Counted from the first letter of the stretch, positions 27,434-36,136 are shown. The stretch: DNA of 46,054 bases from Dehalococcoidia bacterium (GCA_047920855.1 JBLRXG010000001.1:1-46054), one strand, 5' to 3'. Notes: generated by a model from the sequence alone, not told the origin. Program-made: numbers and translations.

Positions 27434-27916
27434 ATGCCGGCAGAAGAACCGATTCCAAAGACGGAGGGACGAGAGGTACTCGCCGTCGGGGAGCAGACTC
27501 CCATGCCCTGCTTTCGTTGCGGCACCTGCTGTACGTGCTACCAGGCTCCACTCGATACTGAAGATATCTCGAGAATCGCCTCTGCTCTGGGCATCTCGAA
27601 CCCGGAGTTCATATCCAGGTACGCGCTGAAGGTCCCGATAAAGGAAGGGTACTTGCTGCGGAGAACCGACGCCGGCTGCGTTTTTCTCGCGCGGGAAGAG
27701 AATGCCGGAGCCCGCTGCACCATACACCCGTTCCGTCCAAAGGCCTGCCGCGAATGGCAACCGGGCCTTTCCAGGCCCGCCTGCCTGGACGGCCTGGCCA
27801 GGCTGAAGGCGGAGGGGAAGCTAATGCAGCTGGATGGATACTTCGGGTCCGACGAGGAGAAGAGGGAGTTCCACCTGTCGCTGGAAGAGGCCCTGGCTGC
27901 AGCGGGAAAGGCTTAG
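27434..27916 (+). CDS. YkgJ-family cysteine-cluster protein (CxxCxxCC)
   Basis: CFRCGTCCTCY .. GCVFL .. CTIH..RPKACREW. An alternative start at 27503 is possible. Confidence 0.7.
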   Translation: MPAEEPIPKTEGREVLAVGEQTPMPCFRCGTCCTCYQAPLDTEDISRIASALGISNPEFISRYALKVPIKEGYLLRRTDAGCVFLAREENAGARCTIHPFRPKACREWQPGLSRPACLDGLARLKAEGKLMQLDGYFGSDEEKREFHLSLEEALAAAGKA

Positions 27917-27987
27917 AGATCGTCACCGCCGGCCATATGCCGGGATCGACTCCACGAGCTCACGGTTGATCGTGCGGCAGAGTCGGC

Positions 27988-28152
27988 CTACCCACCGGAG
28001 TCAGGCAGGTTAACCATGGGCTGAGGCTTCTCCTTCACCAGCTTCATGTCCTCGCCACAGCAGACGAGCGTACCGCCCCCGACCTCGATCACCTCGACCT
28101 TATTGCCACAGATCCTGCACAGGTACTTCTCTCCATAGTTCTCAACAGCCAT
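27988..28152 (-). CDS. desulforedoxin (Dx) type small Fe(Cys)4 protein
   Basis: [39 protein letters not shown] carries the Dx pattern CxxC..CC. AAGGGGGTG lies upstream. The long ORF-track extension to 28383 runs into the tRNA. Confidence 0.7.
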   Translation of the reverse strand: MAVENYGEKYLCRICGNKVEVIEVGGGTLVCCGEDMKLVKEKPQPMVNLPDSGG

Positions 28153-28330
28153 ACGACACCCCCTTTTCCGCGGGATCTCCCCGGCGGCCGACAGCATTAT
28201 ATCTGACCGACCTGCAGCCGGGCGAGAGCGGCCCTTAAGCTGTAACCTGCCGGTCGGGGCAGTTGATCGTGCTGAGCGCTCATACAGATGCGCCTGCGTA
28301 GTACTGCGCCAAGCGCCTGAAGGGGAACAG

Positions 28331-28405
28331 TGGAGCGGGTGATGGGATTCGAACCCACGACGTCTTGCTTGGGAAGCAAGCACTCTACCGCTGAGTTACA
28401 CCCGC
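28331..28405 (-). tRNA. tRNA-Gly (anticodon CCC), CCA encoded
   Basis: The reverse complement is GCGGGTGTAACTCAGCGGTAGAGTGCTTGCTTCCCAAGCAAGACGTCGTGGGTTCGAATCCCATCACCCGCTCCA. It folds as a cloverleaf with anticodon loop TTCCCAA and T-loop GGTTCGAATCC. Confidence 0.92.
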
Positions 28406-28525
28406 ATCAATCTCTCTGAATAGCCTGCAACCCGGCTACTCGACAAGTCTAGCATCTGCCACACAGCCACGACAACCTGTGAGGAAACCACTCCCTGCAC
28501 CGCCTGCCGATGGTGACGGGCCTTA

Positions 28526-28834
28526 CTAGGTGCTGGCATGCGTCCATGCCGAGGTGGGCATCAGCGTGTAAGCCGTTATCCTCGGCTCTGATGCAAGGGA
28601 GTCCTCCGCCTCCTTCATTATCTGCCTGCTGATCTTCGAACTCTCCCATGCCTCCCAGTCAGCCAGCTTCTCCCAGTTGTACAGGAGAGCTACGATAGAG
28701 GGACTCTTGACGCTTCTGATGTGCTCGGCACTGATGAACCCCGGAAACGTAAGAGCATATGACCTGAGTTTCAGCAATGCCGGTTGGATGTCCGCACCTT
28801 CCTTCAACTCGTAACCTACTATGACCTTTATCAT
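28526..28834 (-). CDS. ABM (antibiotic-biosynthesis-monooxygenase-like) domain protein
   Basis: About 100 aa with a ferredoxin-like pattern (MIKVIVGYELKEG..FPGFISAEH..NWEKLADWEAW). Confidence 0.6.
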   Translation of the reverse strand: MIKVIVGYELKEGADIQPALLKLRSYALTFPGFISAEHIRSVKSPSIVALLYNWEKLADWEAWESSKISRQIMKEAEDSLASEPRITAYTLMPTSAWTHAST

Positions 28835-28889
28835 CGTTCTCCTTCACACCGCAGCCGACGGCGCACGTGTTCGAGAATATCCCGAGCCG

Positions 28890-29396
28890 CTAAATCCCCT
28901 CCACACACCCGGGGGCCCTGATCATGAGCACCGGAACGCAACTGGCCCTGAAGACCCTCTCAGCAACACTGCCGTGCGTCCACCGGCTTACGCCGGACCG
29001 GCCGTGGCTGGACATGACGATGAGATCGACATCGTTCTTCGCTGCGTATGATGCAATGGAGTCGGCAGGAGGCCAGCAGAGCACCTCTATCCGCACCTTC
29101 GCTCCCGAATCCTTGAACCTCCTTGCTACCCTGTGAAGATACTTCTCAGCCTGTTTTTCCTTCTTGCCAAAGGTCACACTGGTCTCAATGCCCCCTTTCT
29201 GAACCCCGGGATCCTCCCTGCTGTGGAAGACCTCCCGGGCTTCAGGCGCTCCGCGCACCTGGGCCCGCACCCGTTCCGTCGCGCTAACCAGCGTGATCTC
29301 CTCCGTGCCGCATCCTTTTGCCAGTTCCTCCACGTAAGGCAATGCGCACTCCGCCAGCTTTGAGCCGTCAAGCGGCACCAGAATCTTCTTGAACAT
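28890..29396 (-). CDS. universal stress protein (UspA family)
   Basis: MFKKILVPLDGS .. DLIVMSSHGRSGVSRWTHGSVAERV. Confidence 0.85.
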   Translation of the reverse strand: MFKKILVPLDGSKLAECALPYVEELAKGCGTEEITLVSATERVRAQVRGAPEAREVFHSREDPGVQKGGIETSVTFGKKEKQAEKYLHRVARRFKDSGAKVRIEVLCWPPADSIASYAAKNDVDLIVMSSHGRSGVSRWTHGSVAERVFRASCVPVLMIRAPGCVEGI

Positions 29397-29451
29397 CTAG
29401 GTCCTCCTTCTGTCGATATTCTACCACCATAGCCCGCCAGCTATCATGTCG

Positions 29452-30690
29452 TCATTCGGGTGGTATGAGGGTCAACAGCTTCCTCGCGACGCCCGGGTAC
29501 TTGGCGATGAAGAGCAGTTCGTCCTCCACCAGAGGCCTCTGCGACGCTACGTTGGCATATCTTACCAGTTCCAGGATCTTCTCGGCCTGCGCAGGATCCT
29601 TGAACCTCACGGCGATGCGGCCCATCAGATGCTTGAACCCCGATATGCCGCTGTACTCCCCCGAGCATATCAGGCTGCCCGTATCTACTATCTCCGGCCC
29701 GCCTCTGCCCACTTCATCAAAGCTATACAGTTCGTAGTTGAAGGGGTCCTTCAACACACCGTCGGCATGAATGCCGGACCCGTGCGCAAACACATTCGCC
29801 CCCACGCCGGGCTGGTTTATCGGGATGGGAACCCCAAAGGCATAACTGGCATACCTGCTCATCTTCCAGGCTTTCGTCAGGTCCACAGGCGCCTCCAGTT
29901 CGTAGCTCTCGCAAAACCCCCTGGACTTGGTTATCGCCAATGCCGTCGCCACCAGGTCGGCATTTCCGGCTCGCTCGCCTATCCCGTTAACGGTGGTGTT
30001 GATGTAGGCATCCTGCCCGCCATCTACAACCCCCTTGGCTCCTGCGAGCGAGTTTGCCACGGCCATGCCCAGGTCGCCGTGACAGTGAATCTCAATCGGC
30101 ATTCCGATGTTCTCTGCCAGCACCCTGGCACTCTCGCAGATCGTGAACGGATTGTCATAGCCGAGGGTGTCGCAGTATCTCAGTCTCTGAGCCCCGTGGT
30201 CCCGGGCAGCCAGGCCGAATCTGACCAGGAAATCGGTCTCGGTCCTGGAGGCATCCTCGGCATTTACTCCTACGCTCTCGGTCCCGTGAGCCCGGGCTGC
30301 TTCAACGGCGTCCACCATCATAGCTATGATGTCCTCCCGGTCAATATCACCCTGGAACTTGCCCTGGATCATCTGATCGGAAGTGGGGATGGAGAGATTG
30401 AGGTGCTTGATGCCGGGGACAAGCCGGAACGCCCTCTCCACGTCGTCGACGGTGGCCCTGATCCAGCCCCCCAGGCGAATCGGCTGCAGAACCCCCATCT
30501 CAGCCAGCTCGAGATTGGCCTGGAGGTAGAAGGACTCATGCCTCGTTGTAGGGAATCCGATCTCAGACTGGAAGATGCCCATCTCGTTCAGGTACAGGTT
30601 GATCATGGTCTTCTGCAGCTTGGATAGACCGAGCCGCGCGGTCTGAACACCGTCGCGGTTGGTGACATCTATGAAGTAGATCCTGGCCAT
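29452..30690 (-). CDS. DRE-TIM metallolyase of the isopropylmalate/homocitrate/(Re)-citrate synthase family
   Basis: IDVTNRDGVQT (metal/substrate motif) and IHCHGDLGMAVANS (HxH). 412 aa, lacking a LeuA regulatory domain. Confidence 0.8.
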   Translation of the reverse strand: MARIYFIDVTNRDGVQTARLGLSKLQKTMINLYLNEMGIFQSEIGFPTTRHESFYLQANLELAEMGVLQPIRLGGWIRATVDDVERAFRLVPGIKHLNLSIPTSDQMIQGKFQGDIDREDIIAMMVDAVEAARAHGTESVGVNAEDASRTETDFLVRFGLAARDHGAQRLRYCDTLGYDNPFTICESARVLAENIGMPIEIHCHGDLGMAVANSLAGAKGVVDGGQDAYINTTVNGIGERAGNADLVATALAITKSRGFCESYELEAPVDLTKAWKMSRYASYAFGVPIPINQPGVGANVFAHGSGIHADGVLKDPFNYELYSFDEVGRGGPEIVDTGSLICSGEYSGISGFKHLMGRIAVRFKDPAQAEKILELVRYANVASQRPLVEDELLFIAKYPGVARKLLTLIPPE

Positions 30691-30794
30691 CTCAGTCTCC
30701 GTGCGTAGTGAAGCCCAGTAAGACTAGCATCATTCTCCGCTGTTATCAAACAGCCCGGCTCTTCCCGGGCTTCCTTTGTTCCCGCGACTTGAAT

Positions 30795-30800
30795 TATACT
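30795..30800 (+). promoter_or_regulatory. -10 element TATACT 7 nt upstream of the mtnA ATG (leaderless-type arrangement)
   Basis: Read directly. No Shine-Dalgarno sequence lies between it and the ATG at 30808. Confidence 0.3.
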
Positions 30801-30807
30801 AGAAACG

Positions 30808-31845
30808 ATGACGGTCAGAGCGCTGGAATGGCTTGATGGCAGACTGCGGATACTTGACCAGAGCAGGCTGCCATGGGACCAGGTCTATCTGGAAATCAGT
30901 GACTACCGTGATGTGGTGCTGGCCATAGAGGAGATGAGAGTTCGCGGCGCCCCGGCCATCGGCGTGGCTGCTGCATACGGGGTAGCCCTCGGAGCATCAG
31001 GTATCCGCGCGACGGGCAAGGACGAGTTCCTGTCCCGTCTTGGCGAGGTGATGAAGGCCTTTGCCGTCTCGAGGCCCACCGCAGTGAACCTCTTCCGCTC
31101 TATCGACAGGATGAAAACGGCTGCCCGGGGAGAAGGGATCGCCGAGATCCAGAGGGCGCTGGTCGGCGAAGCGCAGCGTATTCACGACGAAGAGATAGCT
31201 GCGACCAGGCAACTGAGTGAACTGGGATCCGACCTTGTCGAAGACGGCTTCACGGTGCTTACCCACTGCAACGCGGGCCCACTGGCCACCGCCGGCTACG
31301 GCACGGCCCTGGGAGTGATCATCGCTGCCAGCGACCAAGGAAAGAGAGTGAGCGTGCTGGCCACCGAGACCCGTCCCCTTCTGCAGGGCGCGCGGCTTAC
31401 GGCATGGGAACTGAAGCAAGAGGGCATTCCCGTGACCCTGATCACCGATTCGATGGCGGGCCATTTCATGCGGCAGCGAAAGGTCGACTGCGTGATCGTG
31501 GGTGCCGACAGGATCGCCGCCAACGGGGACGTGGCCAACAAGATCGGCACCTATACACTGGCGGTGCTGGCCAGCGAGAATCGGATCCCCTTCTATGTCG
31601 CTGCACCGACAAGCACCATCGATCTATCGATCTCCTCAGGTGATCAAATCCCCATCGAGGAGCGCAGCCCCGATGAGGTAACGGGCATACGGGGCATACC
31701 CATAGCTCCACAGGGCATCACGGCAGCCAATCCCGCCTTCGATGTGACGCCCCACGGGTACGTGAGTGCCCTGATCACCGAGAAGGGCATAATCAGGGAA
31801 CCTTTCGCAGAGGGACTGAAGACCGCGGTCTCCCCGGCCGGCTAG
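30808..31845 (+). CDS. mtnA: S-methyl-5-thioribose-1-phosphate isomerase
   Basis: LEWLDGRLRILDQSRLP .. VRGAPAIGVAAAYG .. THCNAG..AT..YGTALGVI .. VGADRIAANGDVANKIGTY. Confidence 0.9.
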   Translation: MTVRALEWLDGRLRILDQSRLPWDQVYLEISDYRDVVLAIEEMRVRGAPAIGVAAAYGVALGASGIRATGKDEFLSRLGEVMKAFAVSRPTAVNLFRSIDRMKTAARGEGIAEIQRALVGEAQRIHDEEIAATRQLSELGSDLVEDGFTVLTHCNAGPLATAGYGTALGVIIAASDQGKRVSVLATETRPLLQGARLTAWELKQEGIPVTLITDSMAGHFMRQRKVDCVIVGADRIAANGDVANKIGTYTLAVLASENRIPFYVAAPTSTIDLSISSGDQIPIEERSPDEVTGIRGIPIAPQGITAANPAFDVTPHGYVSALITEKGIIREPFAEGLKTAVSPAG

Positions 31846-31937
31846 AGGCCTTCTCGTGCTACCCGCACGACAGCAACCCGTACACAAGACGCTGACCTAT
31901 TATGTCAACCATGCCCGCTGCCGGTCCGGAGCCTTCA

Positions 31938-33764
31938 TCAAGCGCCCTGCGGTTCAGGGCCCGGTGCCAGGAGTGATCCGTACATCTTGTAGTAGAGGCC
32001 CTGCTTAGCCATCAGCTCCCGGTGAGAGCCTATCTCGACGATCCTTCCTTGATCGAGGACCACGATGCGGTCGGCTTTGGTCACAGTAGAAAGCCTGTGG
32101 GCGATGATGAGGCAGGTTCGTCCCTTCATGAGACGGCGGAATGATCTCTGCATGACCCGTTCCGCGTGAGTGTCCACGTTAGAGGTGGCTTCGTCCAGCA
32201 CTATGATGGGGGGATTGGCCAGGATGGCCCGGGCCAGGCAGACAAGCTGCCTCTGTCCGGCGCTCAGGTTCTCCCCTCTTTCGCCGACTTGCGTCTCATA
32301 GCCGCGCTCCAGACGCGAGATGAAGTCGTGAGCCCCTGCCTTCCTGGCCGCTTCGATCACCTCTTCACGGGTAGCTTCGGTACGTCCGTAACGGATATTG
32401 TCCTCTATGCTGCCGAAGAAGAGAAACGGATCCTGGGTGACAACGCCTATCTGGCGCCTCAATGACTGCTGGGTGACCGAGTTCACGTCGTACCCGTCTA
32501 CGGTAACCTGCCCCTCATCCACCTCGTAGAAGCGGGTTATGAGGTTGGCAAGGCTGCTCTTACCTGCCCCCGTCTTTCCCACTATGGCCACCGTCTCTCC
32601 CGGGTTGACCGTCAGGTTTATGTCGTGTAGAACCCTGGTGCCCGGGGTGTAGCCGAAGCTGACCCCCTCGAACTTGATCTCCCTGGCCGGAGGCAGATCA
32701 GGGGCCGCAGGATCGTCGGTTATCTCGGGCTCGACATCAAGCAACTCGAAGATACGGGCCCCCGATGCCATAGCCCGCTGGATCTCGACATACTCCATGG
32801 TGAGTTCGAGCACAGGCTCAAAGAAGCGCCGGACGTATAGCATAAAGGCCACCAGGGCACCGACGGTCATCTGGCCGGCCAGGACCTGAGAACCGCCGAA
32901 GTAGATAACCAGGGCTGTGCCGACGGCGGTCAATATCTCAACCATAGGCCACATGGCTGCCTGCAGCCTGGCCGCCTCCACATTCGCGGTGAAGTGCTCC
33001 CTGTTCACGCTCTCAAACTGCTCCGCGTTGACATCCTCCCGGGTCAGGCTCTGGGTAACCCGCACCCCGGCGATACCTTCCTGAAGCTGGGCGTTGACCG
33101 TGGCGATGGCGCGCCGCACCCTGATGAAGGCGCGACGGGCGTACTTCTGCCATATGAACGCCACGATGGCCAGTGCCGGCACCACAGTAAGGGTGAGCAG
33201 CGCCAGGTGGGTGTTCACGACAAGCATTATGATGGCTATGGCGATCAGGGTCAGGGCACTGAACAGCACGTTGAGCATGCCGCTGGCAAGCAGTTCCTGT
33301 ATCTGCTGCACATCGTTCTGTACGCGGGACATTATCCTGCCCACCTTGTTACGATCGAAGAAACTCAACGAGAGCTTCTGAAGATGGTCGAACATCTGAG
33401 TGCGCACCCGGTAAAGTATCTTCTGACCCACGAAACCCAGGAAGATCTCTTCCAGGTAACGGCCACCCCAGCCCACCATGATCACCGCGGCGACGATGAG
33501 CACCATTGTATTCAGCCCGACCAAATCACCCTCGATGATGCGATCCATGGCATTTCCGACCAGGAAGGGCACTGCCACCGTGGTGAGAGAGCGCAGTATC
33601 ATGCCACCCGCTCCCAGTGACAGATCGGACTTGACCGGCCCCAGGTACTTGATCAGGCGTCCTGCCACGCGGGAGTCGTACACCTTGCCCATCACCTTAT
33701 CCGAGTCGAACGTACCGGATAGGTGACCGCCACCGTGTTGACCGCCGCCGTGATGTGCGCTCAT
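31938..33764 (-). CDS. ABC exporter, fused permease/ATPase (MsbA/MdlB-like), partner 2
   Basis: Six-TM exporter domain. Walker A GKTGAGKSS, signature LSAGQRQL, Walker B IIVLDEATS. Confidence 0.9.
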   Translation of the reverse strand: MSAHHGGGQHGGGHLSGTFDSDKVMGKVYDSRVAGRLIKYLGPVKSDLSLGAGGMILRSLTTVAVPFLVGNAMDRIIEGDLVGLNTMVLIVAAVIMVGWGGRYLEEIFLGFVGQKILYRVRTQMFDHLQKLSLSFFDRNKVGRIMSRVQNDVQQIQELLASGMLNVLFSALTLIAIAIIMLVVNTHLALLTLTVVPALAIVAFIWQKYARRAFIRVRRAIATVNAQLQEGIAGVRVTQSLTREDVNAEQFESVNREHFTANVEAARLQAAMWPMVEILTAVGTALVIYFGGSQVLAGQMTVGALVAFMLYVRRFFEPVLELTMEYVEIQRAMASGARIFELLDVEPEITDDPAAPDLPPAREIKFEGVSFGYTPGTRVLHDINLTVNPGETVAIVGKTGAGKSSLANLITRFYEVDEGQVTVDGYDVNSVTQQSLRRQIGVVTQDPFLFFGSIEDNIRYGRTEATREEVIEAARKAGAHDFISRLERGYETQVGERGENLSAGQRQLVCLARAILANPPIIVLDEATSNVDTHAERVMQRSFRRLMKGRTCLIIAHRLSTVTKADRIVVLDQGRIVEIGSHRELMAKQGLYYKMYGSLLAPGPEPQGA

Positions 33765-33804
33765 CTCTACCTGCGCCCTCCTGCAATATGCGTGCTAATA
33801 TGAT

Positions 33805-35553
33805 TCATGCCAAATCCTCAACCGAACCATCGCCTGCGATCAGTTGTGATTCGTAGATCTCCCTGTACAGGCCGTTGCGGGCCATGAGCTCATCGTGTGT
33901 ACCCTTTTCAACCACCTCCCCATCCTTGAGCACCAGGATGAGATCTGCATTCCTGATGATGGGCAAGCGGTGGGTAATGATGAAGGTAGTCCTACCCTTG
34001 ATAAGCTCATCCAGCGCCCGCCGCATCAGTAGTTCGGTCTCTACGTCCACACTGGAAGTGGAGTCATCCATAATCAGGATGCGGGGGTTCACGAGCAGGG
34101 TACGGGCCACAGCGAGCCGCTGCTTCTGTCCGCCGGAGAGGGTGACCCCTCGCTCACCCACCCAGGTGTCATAGCCATCAGGCAGGCTCTCGATGAAGTC
34201 GTGAAGCTGGGCCGCCCTGGCCGCGGCAACCACCTGATCCATATCGGCACCCACCGTGCCATAGGCGATGTTGTCCCGGATCGTAGCCGAGAAAAGGAAG
34301 GTGTTCTGCTGGACTATGCCCACGTTCTTGCGCAGTGAATCAAGTGTCACGTCACGAATGTCAGTGCCGTCGATGCAGATCCGTCCTCCGCTGACATCGT
34401 AGAACCTGGGTATGAGGTGGGCGATAGTGCTCTTGCCGCTGCCCAATCCTCCCACAAGGGCCACCAGTTGTCCCGGCTCTGCGGTGAAACTAACGTCTCT
34501 GAGCACCGGGGCCGCCGAGTCATATCTGAAGGTGACGTTGTCAAAACTGACCGCTGCGCTTATGTCGTTGAGTTCAACGGCACCGGGTTTCTCGCGCACC
34601 ATCGATTCGGTGTCCAGTATCTCCAGGATACGCTGTCCTCCGGATACGGTGCGCGAGAGGATGTTGGTCATGAAGCCCAGGCGGCGCACCGGCATGGCCA
34701 TGATGGTGAGATAGAAGATGAACTGGGTCAGCTCACCCACAGTCAGATTGCCTGCCGCCACCTGGCGCCCTCCGTACCACAGGATGAGGGGTATCGGTAT
34801 GGTCACCAGGAAGACCATCAAGGACAGGTTAAAGGCCCTCTTGCGCGTTGCTCTGATATGTTCGTCATAGAGAACCTCCGCCTGACCGGAGAATTTGCCG
34901 CTCTCTTCCTGCTCGTGCGCGAACGACCTCACCGTCCGCACACCGGTCAGGTTCTCCTCCAGAATAGTACCCAGCACTGCCATCAGTTCCTGGATCTTGA
35001 GCCAGATAGGACGGAGCAGCCTGGCGACAATGACCGCCCGCCAGCCCACCGCAGCGAGGAAGCCCATCGTCAGAAGGGCCAACGGCAGGTTCAGCCTGAC
35101 CAGCAAGAAGGAGATGCCCACGAAGAGAATGGCTATCTGCAGCATGCCGAGCAATCCCCGCCCGAAGAACATGCGTATGGCTTCGACATCGGAGGTACCG
35201 CGGGACATGAGTTCTCCCGTCTGAGCGTGGTCGTGAAAGGCAAAACTCAGGCGCTGTAGCTTGTCATAGAGGGCATTCCTTATGTCGTAGGCCGTCTTCT
35301 GAGATACCAGTTCAGTGAGATAGGCGTTACCGAAGGCGGATATCCCCCTCATAGCTCCGGCGCCCACCACGGCCAGGGCCAGCCACATGAGTGTACCTAG
35401 CTCACCGTCAGCCAATACCGTATCGATCGACCGGCTGATCAGTTGCGGTATAATTAGGACAAACGCCGTGCTGACCATCATGCAGATGAACGCAAAGAGC
35501 ACCCTGCCCCAGTACTTCTTGACGAAGCCCATCAACCTCAAAAGGATCTTCAT
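33805..35553 (-). CDS. ABC exporter, fused permease/ATPase, partner 1
   Basis: Six-TM exporter domain. Walker A GGLGSGKST, signature LSGGQKQR, Walker B ILIMDDSTS. Adjacent to its partner, implying a heterodimer. Confidence 0.9.
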   Translation of the reverse strand: MKILLRLMGFVKKYWGRVLFAFICMMVSTAFVLIIPQLISRSIDTVLADGELGTLMWLALAVVGAGAMRGISAFGNAYLTELVSQKTAYDIRNALYDKLQRLSFAFHDHAQTGELMSRGTSDVEAIRMFFGRGLLGMLQIAILFVGISFLLVRLNLPLALLTMGFLAAVGWRAVIVARLLRPIWLKIQELMAVLGTILEENLTGVRTVRSFAHEQEESGKFSGQAEVLYDEHIRATRKRAFNLSLMVFLVTIPIPLILWYGGRQVAAGNLTVGELTQFIFYLTIMAMPVRRLGFMTNILSRTVSGGQRILEILDTESMVREKPGAVELNDISAAVSFDNVTFRYDSAAPVLRDVSFTAEPGQLVALVGGLGSGKSTIAHLIPRFYDVSGGRICIDGTDIRDVTLDSLRKNVGIVQQNTFLFSATIRDNIAYGTVGADMDQVVAAARAAQLHDFIESLPDGYDTWVGERGVTLSGGQKQRLAVARTLLVNPRILIMDDSTSSVDVETELLMRRALDELIKGRTTFIITHRLPIIRNADLILVLKDGEVVEKGTHDELMARNGLYREIYESQLIAGDGSVEDLA

Positions 35554-35603
35554 CTTATGCTCGTCTCACAGCTCCCTCTGCATGATATTGCACGGGCCTC
35601 TCG

Positions 35604-35633
35604 ATTTTAGCGCGAACGCGGGACATTGTCCAA
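35604..35633 (-). promoter_or_regulatory. candidate promoter of the ABC exporter pair (TTGGAC-18-TAAAAT)
   Basis: Read on the minus strand, about 50 nt upstream of the ATG at 35553. Confidence 0.35.
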
Positions 35634-35799
35634 AAGCTGTTCTTAAACGACTCATACGACGCCGGATGTGATGGCTCGCCGGAAACGTACCCTATCGCGG
35701 CAGTTCTATCAACTGCTCTGCTCTGAATCTACTATGTCACACTCTGCCCGGGACTTGCGTCAGTGGTGGGAGACACGAGGCTGCGTACCTCCGGTTTAC

Positions 35800-35828
35800 T
35801 TGACACGATAGCTGCGTCATGCTAGCAT
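35800..35828 (+). promoter_or_regulatory. strong sigma70-type promoter: TTGACA, 17 nt including TGc extended -10, TAGCAT
   Basis: Read directly: TTGACA at 35800-05, TG at 35820-21, TAGCAT at 35823-28. It is divergent from the ABC exporter promoter. Confidence 0.5.
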
Positions 35829-35872
35829 ATGATATCCGGGCAGAAGGTCAGTGCCCGGGAAGGAGGTGGGGC

Positions 35873-35938
35873 ATGACACGAAGACAAGCTTGGTTGTGCC
35901 GATGGGTGTTTCCTGACCGGGGCTCTCTGGCCCTGTAG
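35873..35938 (+). CDS. possible 21-aa small ORF (MTRRQAWLCRWVFPDRGSLAL)
   Basis: GGAGG lies 6 nt upstream of the ATG. The stop codon TAG sits in the loop of the hairpin CCCTG-TAGC-CAGGG. Confidence 0.25.
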   Translation: MTRRQAWLCRWVFPDRGSLAL

Positions 35939-36099
35939 CCAGGGGTCTCTTGACGGTGGGATGCATTGCCAGAGAGCACAGGGAAGCCCCGAGCTCTTCG
36001 TCTGATAGGCAAGGCTCCGAGTTAGTGGAGCAACGGTAGTTCAGCCGGAAGTTGAAGTGGAAGAGTAGGGGTGATAGGTAACTGAATAGCGATATTCAG

Positions 36100-36136
36100 G
36101 GGCGGGCTTCGGGATCGGAGCCCGCCCTTCTTATGT
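36100..36136 (+). terminator. intrinsic terminator
   Basis: A 9-bp GC stem pairs GGGCGGGCT (36100-08) with AGCCCGCCC (36119-27), followed by TTCTTATGT. Confidence 0.6.

Larger units (their letters stand above)
35835..36136 (+). ncRNA. orphan ~300-nt structured transcript (family unassigned) carrying a 21-codon ORF
   Basis: It is bounded by the promoter above and a strong intrinsic terminator. It holds several perfect helices (35836-42/35852-58; 35922-31/35968-77). No ORF of 60 aa or more lies on either strand across 35672-36210. Confidence 0.45.

Noticed and set aside
28153-28383. N-terminal extension of the desulforedoxin ORF to 131 aa
   Set aside because: The extension overlaps tRNA-Gly and has no protein-like features. 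An SD plus ATG at 28152 gives the canonical ~54-aa Dx.
29446-30627. 393-aa plus-strand ORF
   Set aside because: It is antisense to the DRE-TIM synthase gene and has no recognisable motifs. Shadow ORF.
32994-35259. Several 95-280-aa plus-strand ORFs (32994..33620, 34417..35259 and others)
   Set aside because: All are antisense to the two ABC exporter genes. Shadow ORFs.
35835-36136. tmRNA, RNase P, SRP or a leader/attenuator for a downstream gene
   Set aside because: - There is no tRNA-like 3' end or T-arm.
- There is no GGAAAGUCC.
- The AGGTCAG..GGGAAGG string does not fold as SRP helix 8, because it is consumed by a different perfect hairpin.
- No plus-strand gene follows the terminator.
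- It is kept as an unassigned RNA instead.
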